Source of the DNA: an uncultured Rhodospirillaceae bacterium | GTDB taxonomy: Bacteria; Pseudomonadota; Alphaproteobacteria; UBA2966 | Assembly: GCA_964401845.1 (NCBI GenBank) | Contig: CAYOAD010000002.1 | Location: 1-62,728, forward strand | Reading direction: 5' to 3' | Length of the DNA: 62,728 bases | Part shown: positions 9,368-18,185 of the stretch, in pieces | Layout of the letters: the number at the start of each line of letters is the position of its first letter | Numbering within the stretch: the first letter of the stretch is position 1 | Made by a program: the position numbers and the translations under genes | The notes under the pieces: model-generated | Database searches by the model: none | Told to the model about the DNA's origin: nothing | The model's input: the letters and a program-made list of their open reading frames with translations, nothing else

Positions 9368-10117
9368 TCAGGTGGTCATGCCGCCGTCGATAATCATTTC
9401 AGTGCCGGTGATAAAACGGGATTCGTCACTGGCGAGATAAACACACAAGTCGGCAATTTCACTTGTTTCGCCCAAGCGCCCCATGGGCTGGCGGGCGATG
9501 AAATCCTTGCGCGCCTGCACCGGATCATCGAAGGCGTTGATGCGGTCATCCAGGGACGGTGACTGCACGGTGCCGGGGCAAATCGAGTTGCAGCGCACGC
9601 CGTTGCCGACATAATCCTTGGCGACCGAACGGGTAAGCCCGATGACGGCAGCCTTGCTGGCGCCGTACGCAAAGCGGTTCGGCACACCGGCCAGCGAACC
9701 CGCCACAGAGGCGATGTTCACGATCGAGCCGCCGCCGGCCTCAAGCATGCCCGGCAGGAACGCCTTGATGGTCAGAAACATGCTGCGCACGTTGACGTCG
9801 AAGGAAAGCCGCCAGTCGTCCTCTTCGCAGTCCAAAATGGTTCCGTGGTGAACCCAGCCGGCGCAATTCACCAGCACGTCGAGAGACCCTTCGTTAGCTG
9901 CAAGCGTCGCCACCGCTGCGGCGTCGGTAACGTCGAGCGCCGCCGTCCGGATGCCGCCGCTGCCTTCCAGTTCGGCAACTTTTTCGGCGTTGAGGTCGGT
10001 CGCCAACACCTGAGCGCCCTCCCTGCTCAACGCCTCGGCGCAGGCCCGGCCGATACCCTGGGCCGCCGCCGTTACGAGAACTGATTTTCCATCCAAACGA
10101 CCACTCAATTTTCGCAC
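9368..10117 (-). CDS. SDR family oxidoreductase (classical short-chain dehydrogenase)
   Basis: VLVTAAAQGIGRA cofactor motif, NIASVAG, YGASKAAV (YxxxK). The GTG at 10117 abuts GGAG, so TTG at 10108 (MSGRLDGKSVLV) is an equally plausible start. Confidence 0.9.
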   Translation of the reverse strand: MRKLSGRLDGKSVLVTAAAQGIGRACAEALSREGAQVLATDLNAEKVAELEGSGGIRTAALDVTDAAAVATLAANEGSLDVLVNCAGWVHHGTILDCEEDDWRLSFDVNVRSMFLTIKAFLPGMLEAGGGSIVNIASVAGSLAGVPNRFAYGASKAAVIGLTRSVAKDYVGNGVRCNSICPGTVQSPSLDDRINAFDDPVQARKDFIARQPMGRLGETSEIADLCVYLASDESRFITGTEMIIDGGMTT

Positions 10118-10310
10118 TCCAAATCAATTGGGCGCCCCGTCCGGCGGCGCCTACTTTTCTTTTCCAGGCCGATATTCGAATCCGTTAGACTCAATTTCGC
10201 GAAACCGAAGCGGAAGCGAACATATCTCGCTTTGACCGCGATCCCGCCAATCATGTTATAATCATACTAATAGCCCCTCGCCACATCTACCTGCATCTTG
10301 GAGACCGGTT

Positions 10311-11837
10311 GTGACCACCGCAACAAACCAAACCATTCGCCTCAACCCCGCCGACAACGTCGTGACGGCGAAAGGCGACATTTCTTCCGGCATCACGCTC
10401 GAAGACGAAGGCCTCACCCTTGCCGCCGACGTGCCCGCTGGGCACAAAATCGCGACGGCGGCCATTGCCTCGGGTGAGGCGGTACGTAAATACAATCAGA
10501 TTATCGGTTTCGCCAGCGAAGACATATCCGCCGGCCAGCACGTGCACTCGCACAATGCCGCCTTTGGCGATTTCGAGCGCGACTACGCATTTGGCAGCGA
10601 CGTGACGCCGACGGACTACGTCCCTGAAGCGGAACGCGCCACCTTCCAGGGCTACGTGCGCGAGAACGGCGCCGTCGCCACGCGAAACTATGTGGCCGTC
10701 CTCAGCACCGTCAATTGTTCCGCCACCGTCGTCCATGGCATCGTCGACGCCTTTTCCGGCGACGCCCTGAAGGACTACCCGAACGTGGACGGGGTCGCCG
10801 GTTTTACCCATGGCACCGGCTGCGGGGCCGGTGGTCAGGAAAACCACGAACAGATGCAGCGCACCATGTGGGGCTACATCCGCCACCCGAATTGCGCCGG
10901 CGTTCTGTTGGTCGGCCTGGGCTGCGAAGGCAATCAGATTTCCTTCCTGCTGGACGTCTACGGTCTCGAAGCCGGCCCCAATTTCCAGTACATGAATATC
11001 CAGGACACCGGCGGTACACGCTCCACAATCGAAGCCGGCATCGCCCGCGTGAAGGAGATGCTGCCCATCGCCAACCGGGATAGCCGGTCCACCGTCTCGG
11101 CGGAGCACATTACCCTCGCGCTGCAGTGCGGGGGCTCCGACGCCTATTCGGGCATCACCGCGAATCCGTCGCTGGGGGCGGCTGTCGACCTCATCGTGCG
11201 CAACGGCGGTACGGCGATCCTGGCGGAGACGCCGGAAATCTACGGCGCCGAACACCTCCTGACCCGCCGCGCCATCTCACGCGAGGTCGGTGAGAAGCTG
11301 ATCGAGCGCATCAAGTGGTGGGAGGAGTACACCGCCAAGTTCGAAGCGAGCATGGACAACAATCCCTCCCCCGGCAACAAGGCGGGCGGCCTGACCACCA
11401 TCCTGGAGAAATCCCTGGGGGCGGCGGCCAAAGGCGGCACGACGAACTTGATGGGCGTCTACCGCTACGCCGAGCGCGTAACCGAAAAGGGCTTCGTCTT
11501 CATGGACAGTCCGGGCTACGACCCCTGCTCCATCACCGGCGAGGTCGCCTCGGGCGCCAACGTCGTCTGCTTCACGACGGGCCGGGGATCGGTGTTCGGC
11601 TACAAGCCGGCGCCCTCGATCAAGCTGGCGACGAACTCCGTCATGTATGAGCGCATGTCCGAGGACATGGACATCAACTGCGGCGCCGTACTTGACGAAG
11701 GCATTTCGGTTCAGGAAATGGGCCAACGTATCTTCGACAAGGTCCTGGACGTCGCCTCAGGCAATCCTTCCAAAAGCGAGGAACTGGGCTTTGGCGATCA
11801 TGAATTCGTGCCCTGGCAAATCGGCGCCTACCTCTAA
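10311..11837 (+). CDS. UxaA/GarD family sugar-acid dehydratase (altronate/galactarate dehydratase type)
   Basis: 508 aa. N-terminal SAF domain (IRLNPADNVVTAKGDISSG...GHKIATAAIASGEAVRKYNQIIG). C-terminal UxaA region with Cys-containing blocks (NCSATV, GTGCG, GLGCEGN). GTG start. Confidence 0.85.
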   Translation: MTTATNQTIRLNPADNVVTAKGDISSGITLEDEGLTLAADVPAGHKIATAAIASGEAVRKYNQIIGFASEDISAGQHVHSHNAAFGDFERDYAFGSDVTPTDYVPEAERATFQGYVRENGAVATRNYVAVLSTVNCSATVVHGIVDAFSGDALKDYPNVDGVAGFTHGTGCGAGGQENHEQMQRTMWGYIRHPNCAGVLLVGLGCEGNQISFLLDVYGLEAGPNFQYMNIQDTGGTRSTIEAGIARVKEMLPIANRDSRSTVSAEHITLALQCGGSDAYSGITANPSLGAAVDLIVRNGGTAILAETPEIYGAEHLLTRRAISREVGEKLIERIKWWEEYTAKFEASMDNNPSPGNKAGGLTTILEKSLGAAAKGGTTNLMGVYRYAERVTEKGFVFMDSPGYDPCSITGEVASGANVVCFTTGRGSVFGYKPAPSIKLATNSVMYERMSEDMDINCGAVLDEGISVQEMGQRIFDKVLDVASGNPSKSEELGFGDHEFVPWQIGAYL

Positions 11838-11860
11838 GTTTCTGCAGCGGAGTAATTGAA

Positions 11861-13036
11861 ATGACGATGGACGGCACAGCCATCCTGCCCCTCGACGCGA
11901 CAGCTGGGACGTTGATCGGCCGGGTCTGGTTGCCTGGCAATCCGCCGGGCCCGACGCCGGTGACAATCCGCGAGTCAGGCGTCCATGACCTCAGCGGTAT
12001 CGCACCGACAGTATCGGAAATCCTTGAGCTCGAAGGCGCGGCGGGTGTCGTTGACGCAGCTTCGGACGCGCCGCTGGTTGGACACCTCGACGACATCGCT
12101 GCCAATAGCGTCGCTGGCAACATCGATGAGGGCCGGGCGCGGTTGCTGGCGCCCGTCGACTTGCAGGCCGTCAAGGCCGCCGGCGTCACCTTCGTCCGCT
12201 CCATGGTGGAACGCGTCATCGAGGAACAGGCCCAGGGCGATCCGACCCGGGCCGCGGGCTTGCGTGACACCATTAAAGCCGAGGTCGGCGCCGATCTCAG
12301 CGCCATCGTGCCGGGCTCGGCGGACGCCGAGAAACTGAAGGCCGCGCTGATCGAACGCGATCTCTGGTCCCAGTACCTGGAGGTCGGCATCGGCCCCTAC
12401 GCCGAGGTCTTCACCAAGGCCCAGCCGATGTCGTCGGTCGGCCCCGGCGACGAGGTCGGGCTGCACCCCGAATCGACCTGGAACAATCCCGAGCCCGAGG
12501 TCGTGATGATCGCCAACAGTCGCGGCGAGACCATCGGGGCGACGCTCGGCAACGATGTCAACCTGCGCGACTTCGAGGGCCGCAGCGCACTGCTGCTGGG
12601 TAAGGCCAAGGACAACAACGCCTCCTGCGCCATTGGCCCCTTTATCCGCCTGTTCGACGGGACGTTCTCCATCGACGACGTACGCCGGTGCGTCGTGCGG
12701 CTGACCGTTCAGGGGGAGGACAATTTCCGCCTGGAGGATCAGAGCAGCCTTGCCGAGATCAGCCGCGATCCCCTGGATCTGGTGGCCCAGACCATCGGCG
12801 ACAATCACCAGTATCCGGACGGCGTTGCGCTCTTCACCGGCACCATGTTCGCGCCGGTCGCCGACCGCGGTGAGGACGGCATGGGCTTTACCCACAAGGT
12901 CGGCGACACCGTTACCATCGCCGCCGACAAGCTCGGCGCCCTGACCAACCGCGTGACCTTATGCAATAAGGCGCGGCCCTGGACGTTCGGCGTCGGCGAA
13001 CTGATGCGCAACCTGGCGGCGCGGGGGCTGTTGTGA
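11861..13036 (+). CDS. FAH-domain protein, long (391 aa) form
   Basis: The C-terminal half carries FAH-fold blocks (NDVNLRDFEGRSALLLGKAKDNNASCAIGPF, DGVALFTGTMFAP). The N-terminal ~170 aa extension is unassigned. Confidence 0.7.
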   Translation: MTMDGTAILPLDATAGTLIGRVWLPGNPPGPTPVTIRESGVHDLSGIAPTVSEILELEGAAGVVDAASDAPLVGHLDDIAANSVAGNIDEGRARLLAPVDLQAVKAAGVTFVRSMVERVIEEQAQGDPTRAAGLRDTIKAEVGADLSAIVPGSADAEKLKAALIERDLWSQYLEVGIGPYAEVFTKAQPMSSVGPGDEVGLHPESTWNNPEPEVVMIANSRGETIGATLGNDVNLRDFEGRSALLLGKAKDNNASCAIGPFIRLFDGTFSIDDVRRCVVRLTVQGEDNFRLEDQSSLAEISRDPLDLVAQTIGDNHQYPDGVALFTGTMFAPVADRGEDGMGFTHKVGDTVTIAADKLGALTNRVTLCNKARPWTFGVGELMRNLAARGLL

Positions 13037-13088
13037 TCTGACAAAAAGGCACTGCATTCAAAATAGGCTGTACCTGCTCATCATTTTT

Positions 13089-13102
13089 GTTTCTAATGAA
13101 AC
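13089..13102. promoter_or_regulatory. 14-bp palindrome GTTTCTAATGAAAC upstream of the LuxR-type gene
   Basis: GTTTC / GAAAC arms with a TAAT spacer. It sits 14 nt upstream of the ATG at 13116, in an AT-rich gap. Confidence 0.25.
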
Positions 13103-13115
13103 GATCTGATCCCTC

Positions 13116-13796
13116 ATGCGGGGTATGGTGATGCAAGAAACCGAAGCCCGAGGCTGGTTGATGGATGCGGACGTCGACGGGGGCACCCGTGCGACGATCG
13201 GCCTCGACCACCTTCCGGTCGGCGTCAGCCTACTCGACAACGAATTCAGGTTCCGCCGTTTCAACCGGACCTACGCTGACATGTTCGAGGTCAACTCAAA
13301 TGTCACGGCGGAGGAAGCCCGCGGACGCCTATACTTCGACTGTGTCGAGGGATCCAGGGACCAGGTCCGGCCCGTCATGCAAAAAGTGATGTCGACGGGA
13401 CAGCCCTACGACCTGGCGCACGAGGAATTGAAACTCGAGGTTGCCGGACGGACGATCTTCACCTATTGGGACGGCCAGATCACGCCCGTCGTCGAACGAT
13501 CTGGCCATGTTTCCGGCGTGTTGTTGGCTTGTGTCGAAGTCGAACAGTTGCGTTCCCTGCAGCCACGTGAAGGACGATTTCCGACACTCGAACCGGTCAT
13601 ACCCTCCGGACTGCTGACCTACAAAGAAGAACAGGTCGTCCAATTGATCCGCGAGGGGCTCAGTTCCAAGCAGATCGCCCACCGGCTCAACCTCTCCAAG
13701 GCAGCAATCGATTCACGCCGCAACGCCATCCGCAAAAAACTGGGGATCGGCGGTCAGCCGAATAATCTCTACCGCTTTCTCTCCCGCCTGCACTGA
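13116..13796 (+). CDS. PAS-domain LuxR-family (HTH) transcriptional regulator
   Basis: N-terminal PAS-like block (VGVSLLDNEFRFRRFNRTYADMFEV). C-terminal LuxR HTH (LTYKEEQVVQLIREGLSSKQIAHRLNLSKAAIDSRRNAIRKKLG). No receiver domain. Confidence 0.8.
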   Translation: MRGMVMQETEARGWLMDADVDGGTRATIGLDHLPVGVSLLDNEFRFRRFNRTYADMFEVNSNVTAEEARGRLYFDCVEGSRDQVRPVMQKVMSTGQPYDLAHEELKLEVAGRTIFTYWDGQITPVVERSGHVSGVLLACVEVEQLRSLQPREGRFPTLEPVIPSGLLTYKEEQVVQLIREGLSSKQIAHRLNLSKAAIDSRRNAIRKKLGIGGQPNNLYRFLSRLH

Positions 13797-13892
13797 CGGT
13801 TTCCATATTAATTCAATATGGGCCGGACCCGGTTTCCGGTCCTACTCTCCCGGCAAATAGCTTGACGTGGCCCACGCCAACATGGGGAGAAA

Positions 13893-15448
13893 ATGGAAAT
13901 GTCGGAAAAATCACAGAGGAAACATGAATGGACGCGCCGCTCCTTCCTGGAGGGTTCAGGCAAATTGGCGCTGCTGGCCGGCACCGGATTGTCGGCGGCA
14001 GCGGCAAAACCGGCCCGCGCTGCCGCATTCAGCGATTACCTCGACCACGACGCCCTCGGCCTGGCCGGTTTGGTGAAGGAGAAACAGGTTTCGCCCACCG
14101 AACTGCTGGACGCCACCATCGAACGCATCGAAAAATTCAATCCGAAGCTCAACGCCGTCGTCACCAAGATGTACGACGAGGCGCAAGCCACCATCGCAAA
14201 CAAGACACCGGACGGGCCGTTCGGCGGTGTGCCTTTCCTGCTGAAGGATCTGGGCGCGACATATGCCAACGTCCGCAATACCTCCGGTTCGAAGTTGTTC
14301 GCCGAGTACGTTCCCAACTACGACAACGTGTTGGTCACTCGCTACAAGGCCGCCGGTCTGGTGACCGCCGGTAAAACCAACACGCCCGCCTTCGGCCTCA
14401 ACGTCTCCACCGAACCGGCACTGTTCGGACCGGCCCACAACCCCTGGGATCTCCAGCGCTCCACCGGGGCTCCAGCGGCGGCTCGGCGGCGGCGGTGGCG
14501 AGCCGCATCGTACCCATCGCCCACGCCAATGACGGCGGCGGTTCGATCCGCATCCCGGCTTCCTGTTGCGGCGTCTTCGGCCTCAAGCCGTCACGCGGAC
14601 GCACCCCGAACGGCCCGAAATTCGGCGAGGTCTGGGAAGGTTTCGCCACCGGGCATGCCGTTTCCATCTCCGTGCGCGACAATGCCGCAATGCTGGACGC
14701 CACCGCCGGTCCCGAGGTGGGCGCACCCTACGGCAACCCCACCCCCGCCCGGCCGTTTCTCGAGGAAGCTTCAGCCGCCCCTGGAAAACTCAAGATCGCC
14801 TACTTCACCAAAGTTGGCGACAAGACGATCCATCCGGATTGCGTCGAGGCGACGCTGGAGGCCGCCAAAATGTGCGAAGAACTTGGCCACCACGTCGAGG
14901 AAGCCGCGCCCAAGATAAACTTCGCGCAAGCCGAATGGGCCTTCCAATTCGCCGTTTCCGCCCATGCGGCGTCCATGCTGGATGTTATCGGCCAGATGAC
15001 CGGCGCCAAGATCACGCGCGAGATGGTCGAGCCGGGCGTTTGGGGCTTCGGCGAACAGGGCCGCGCCGCCAGCGCCGCCGATCTTGCGTCGTCAAAAGGC
15101 ATTGTCAACATGGTGACCCGGACGCTGGCCGGCTTCCTGATGCAGTACGACGTCGTGCTGACGCCGACGCTGGGGGCGCCGCCCAACCTGCTCGGCCATC
15201 ACGACTCGATGACCCTCTCCACCGCCGAATACCTGAAACGGCTCTACGACTTCATCCCCTACACCTGGCTCCACAATCTGGCCGGTACGCCCGCCATGTC
15301 GGTGCCGCTGCACTGGAACAAGGCCGGACTGCCCATCGGCGTCCAGTTCGCCACCCGCTACGCCGGGGAAGCGACGCTCTATCGCCTGGCCGGCCAGTTG
15401 GAGCAGGCCAGGCCCTGGCGCAACAAGCTGCCGCCGCTGATTGCTTAG
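13893..15448 (+). pseudogene. Tat-signal amidase (amidase-signature family) interrupted by a 1-nt frameshift
   Basis: ORFs 13893..14918 and 14495..15448 are the two halves. The first has a twin-arginine signal (TRRSFLEGSG...AAAKPARA), the Lys block GGVPFLLKDL, and ends its homology at ...WDLQRSTG. The second begins (M)[35 protein letters not shown]. One extra G in the GGGG run at 14466-14469 would restore [17 protein letters not shown]. Total length is 1556 nt, one short of 519 codons. Confidence 0.85.
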
Positions 15449-15508
15449 CCAAAGTGGATCCGCCGGGTGCGCCACCTTCCGTGCCCCAGGGATTGCAACG
15501 CCGACCGG

Positions 15509-16276
15509 TCAGCAATTGCCGCCCGAAGTCGAGCCGTATTTTCGGTATGAGGCTTCGAAGGCGCCGGTCTCGTTGCCTTTGGCGACAGCCATTCTGAGTT
15601 TGTCCGCCAGATGGGCGAACTTGGATATTTTGGCCATGCGCAGGTGGACGGCGATGACTTCGGCTTCGACCACATTGCCGATGTGATCGCGCCAATCGTC
15701 GGGGATGCCGGCGAAGGGCGCGCCTTCGTCGCGGAACCCGTCGAACACGATATCGCTGATGAAAATGCCGTCGACGCGATTGCGCAAAAGCATGCGGAAC
15801 ATCGATTCGCTGGTACCGGTCTCCAACGGCACGATGCCGTATTTGCCGCCAAATTTGCGGAAGAGGAAGCCGTTTGCGACAAAACCGATGGTCTTGCCCT
15901 TAAGATCGGCGAGGGACGATATCCCACTCTTTGCATTGGTGACGACGACTGTCCGGTTGCAGCCGACGATGCCGAGCGAGATCGTTTCCTTAAACTGCGG
16001 CATCGTTGCGCCGGAGAGAATGAGATCGCGCTCTCCCCGCACGACCGACCGCGTGGCGCGGGGAATGGAATCGATCTCCCACGCAAAGCGGATGCCGGAT
16101 AGCGCCTCGAGCTTTCTCATGATTGAGGGGAACAGGCCTTTTATCTCTCCTTCGACCCGGTGGCCGAAAGGATAGAAATCGTAGACGGCAAACGTAGGCA
16201 CATCGGCGGCGGCGGCCGGAAAGCCTCCGGTCAACATCAACAGACAGGCAGCTGCAAATCTCGCTGTCGGTTTCAT
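15509..16276 (-). CDS. periplasmic substrate-binding protein, family 3 (amino-acid/opine type), no adjacent permease
   Basis: Signal peptide MKPTARFAAACLLMLTGGFPAAAA. Blocks DLILSG, LKGKTIGFV and VDGIFISD are typical of SBP_bac_3 proteins. Confidence 0.7.
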   Translation of the reverse strand: MKPTARFAAACLLMLTGGFPAAAADVPTFAVYDFYPFGHRVEGEIKGLFPSIMRKLEALSGIRFAWEIDSIPRATRSVVRGERDLILSGATMPQFKETISLGIVGCNRTVVVTNAKSGISSLADLKGKTIGFVANGFLFRKFGGKYGIVPLETGTSESMFRMLLRNRVDGIFISDIVFDGFRDEGAPFAGIPDDWRDHIGNVVEAEVIAVHLRMAKISKFAHLADKLRMAVAKGNETGAFEASYRKYGSTSGGNC

Positions 16277-16415
16277 TGCGCGTCACCAACGTGTGGCGTC
16301 CGCAGCCCCCGGAGCTTCCCCAAACCAGCTCCCTACACCGGACAATACACCGACATAATAGCGCCAACGGCAATGAAGTTGGGAAGATTCGCAATCGATT
16401 AGCGATGAATCCCGC

Positions 16416-18149
16416 CTAGTGTGAGTTGCGCGGCACCTCCGCACCGCGGCTGCCGACCAGAAAGTCGAGGTCGACGCCGGTATCGGCCTGCGTGACGTGA
16501 TCGACATAAAGTTTCTGATAGCCGCCGGCCATGGGCGGTTCAGGCGGGCTCCAACTTTCGCGGCGTTTGGCCAACTCCTCGTCCGAAACGTCGAGATGCA
16601 TGCGCCGGCCGGCGACGTCGAGCTCAATCATGTCGCCATCCCGCACCAAAGCCAGCACGCCGCCGACGGCGGCTTCGGGCGCCGTGTGCAGTACCACGGT
16701 GCCGTAGGCCGTGCCGCTCATGCGGGCGTCGGAAATGCGCACCATGTCGGTGATGCCTTTTTTGAGGATTTTTGACGGTAAACCCATATTACCGACCTCA
16801 GCCATGCCGGGATAACCGCGCGGGCCGCAATTCTTCAGCACCATGACGCAGGTCTCATCGATGTCGAGATCGGGATCGTCGTAGCGCGCCTTGTAATCGT
16901 CGATATCCTCGAACACCACGGCGCGCCCCGTATGCTGCATCAGTTCGGGCGTCGCCGCGGAGGGCTTGATGATGGCGCCGTTAGGCGACAGGTTGCCCCT
17001 GAGCACGGCGATGCCGCCGCTGGCCAGCAGCGGCGTGTCCAACGGCAGAATGACGTCCTCGTCGTAGTTGGGCGCGTCTTTGTTGTTGTCCCAAATCGTC
17101 TCGCCGTTGACCGTCACAGCATCCCGGTTGAGGAGGTCCGCCTCGCCCAGACGGCGGACAACGGCCGGAACGCCGCCGGCGTAATAGAAATCCTCCATCA
17201 GGTATTTGCCTGACGGCATCAGGTTGACGATGGTCGGCACGTCGCGTCCCGCCCGGTCCCAGTCGTCCAGGGTTAAATCGACGTCGAGCCGCCCAGCCAG
17301 GGCCAACAGGTGAACGACGGCGTTGGTCGAGCCGCCGATCGCGGCGTTGGTCCGGATGGCGTTTTCCATCGCCGCCTTGGTGACGACCTTCGACATGGTG
17401 AGGTCCTCGTGCACCATTTCGACGGCGCGCCGCCCCACCAGTTGCGCCAGACGCCAGCGCCGTGCGTCGGCGGCGGGAATGGCGGCATTGCCCGGCATGC
17501 CCATGCCGATGCTTTCCACCATCGACGCCATGGTGGAGGCCGTCCCCATGGTCATGCAGTGGCCGATGGAGCGGCCCATGCCGGCCTCGGCGTCCATGAA
17601 GTCCTCCAGGCTCATCTTGCCGGCCTTGACGTCCTCGCTGAAGCGCCAGACGTCAGTGCCGGAACCGATGTCCTCGCCGCGGAACTTACCGTTCAGCATC
17701 GGCCCGCCCGACAGCGCGATGGTCGGCAGATCGCAACTTGCCGCGCCCATCATCAGCGACGGCGTGGTCTTGTCGCAGCCCACCATGAGCACGACGCCGT
17801 CGATGGGATGCGCGCGGATAGCTTCCTCAACATCCATCGAGGCGAGATTGCGGAACAGCATGGCGGTCGGCCGCATGGTGGGCTCGCCCAGGGACGAGAC
17901 CGGGAATTCGACGGGAAAGCCGCCCGCCTCGTAGACACCGCGCTTGATGCGTTCGGCGAGATCACGGAAGTGGGCATTGCAGGGCGTGAGGTCGGACCAG
18001 GTGTTGCAGATGCCGATCACCGGTCGGCCGTCGAACTCGTCGTCGGGCACACCTTGATTCTTCATCCAACTGCGGTGCAGAAAACCGTCCTTGTCGGCGG
18101 GGCCGAACCAGGCACGGGAGCGCAGGATTTTTTTGCCGTCTTTGCTCAT
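16416..18149 (-). CDS. IlvD/Edd family dehydratase, pentonate/sugar-acid dehydratase type
   Basis: 577 aa. RSRAWFG...GRPVIGICNTWSDLTPCNAHF, GCDKTTPS (Fe-S ligand block), MSGTAYGTVVLHTAPEAAVGG. The length and N-terminus resemble arabinonate/xylonate dehydratases rather than IlvD. Confidence 0.88.
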   Translation of the reverse strand: MSKDGKKILRSRAWFGPADKDGFLHRSWMKNQGVPDDEFDGRPVIGICNTWSDLTPCNAHFRDLAERIKRGVYEAGGFPVEFPVSSLGEPTMRPTAMLFRNLASMDVEEAIRAHPIDGVVLMVGCDKTTPSLMMGAASCDLPTIALSGGPMLNGKFRGEDIGSGTDVWRFSEDVKAGKMSLEDFMDAEAGMGRSIGHCMTMGTASTMASMVESIGMGMPGNAAIPAADARRWRLAQLVGRRAVEMVHEDLTMSKVVTKAAMENAIRTNAAIGGSTNAVVHLLALAGRLDVDLTLDDWDRAGRDVPTIVNLMPSGKYLMEDFYYAGGVPAVVRRLGEADLLNRDAVTVNGETIWDNNKDAPNYDEDVILPLDTPLLASGGIAVLRGNLSPNGAIIKPSAATPELMQHTGRAVVFEDIDDYKARYDDPDLDIDETCVMVLKNCGPRGYPGMAEVGNMGLPSKILKKGITDMVRISDARMSGTAYGTVVLHTAPEAAVGGVLALVRDGDMIELDVAGRRMHLDVSDEELAKRRESWSPPEPPMAGGYQKLYVDHVTQADTGVDLDFLVGSRGAEVPRNSH

Positions 18150-18185
18150 CCAACAACCTCCGAGCGGTGGCCGCCGACGGGCCGA

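Noticed and set aside
10287-11255. Long ORFs antisense to, or out of frame with, recognisable genes. Examples: 10287..11255(-), 17310..18389(+), 20330..21607(+), 22596..23852(+), 24224..25051(+), 31742..32770(-), 40382..41827(+), 44436..45500(+), 55924..57120(+), 56258..57793(-), 28226..29710(+).
   Set aside because: All overlap ORFs with clear family signatures on the other strand or frame. Their translations are Arg/Gly/Pro/Ala-rich low-complexity strings with no motifs. This is the usual shadow-ORF artefact of GC-rich DNA.
16390-16415. AATCGATT-centred imperfect palindrome just downstream of the IlvD/Edd-type gene.
   Set aside because: The perfect core is only 8 bp, the flanks are mismatched, and no T-tract follows. 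It is too weak to call a terminator or operator.
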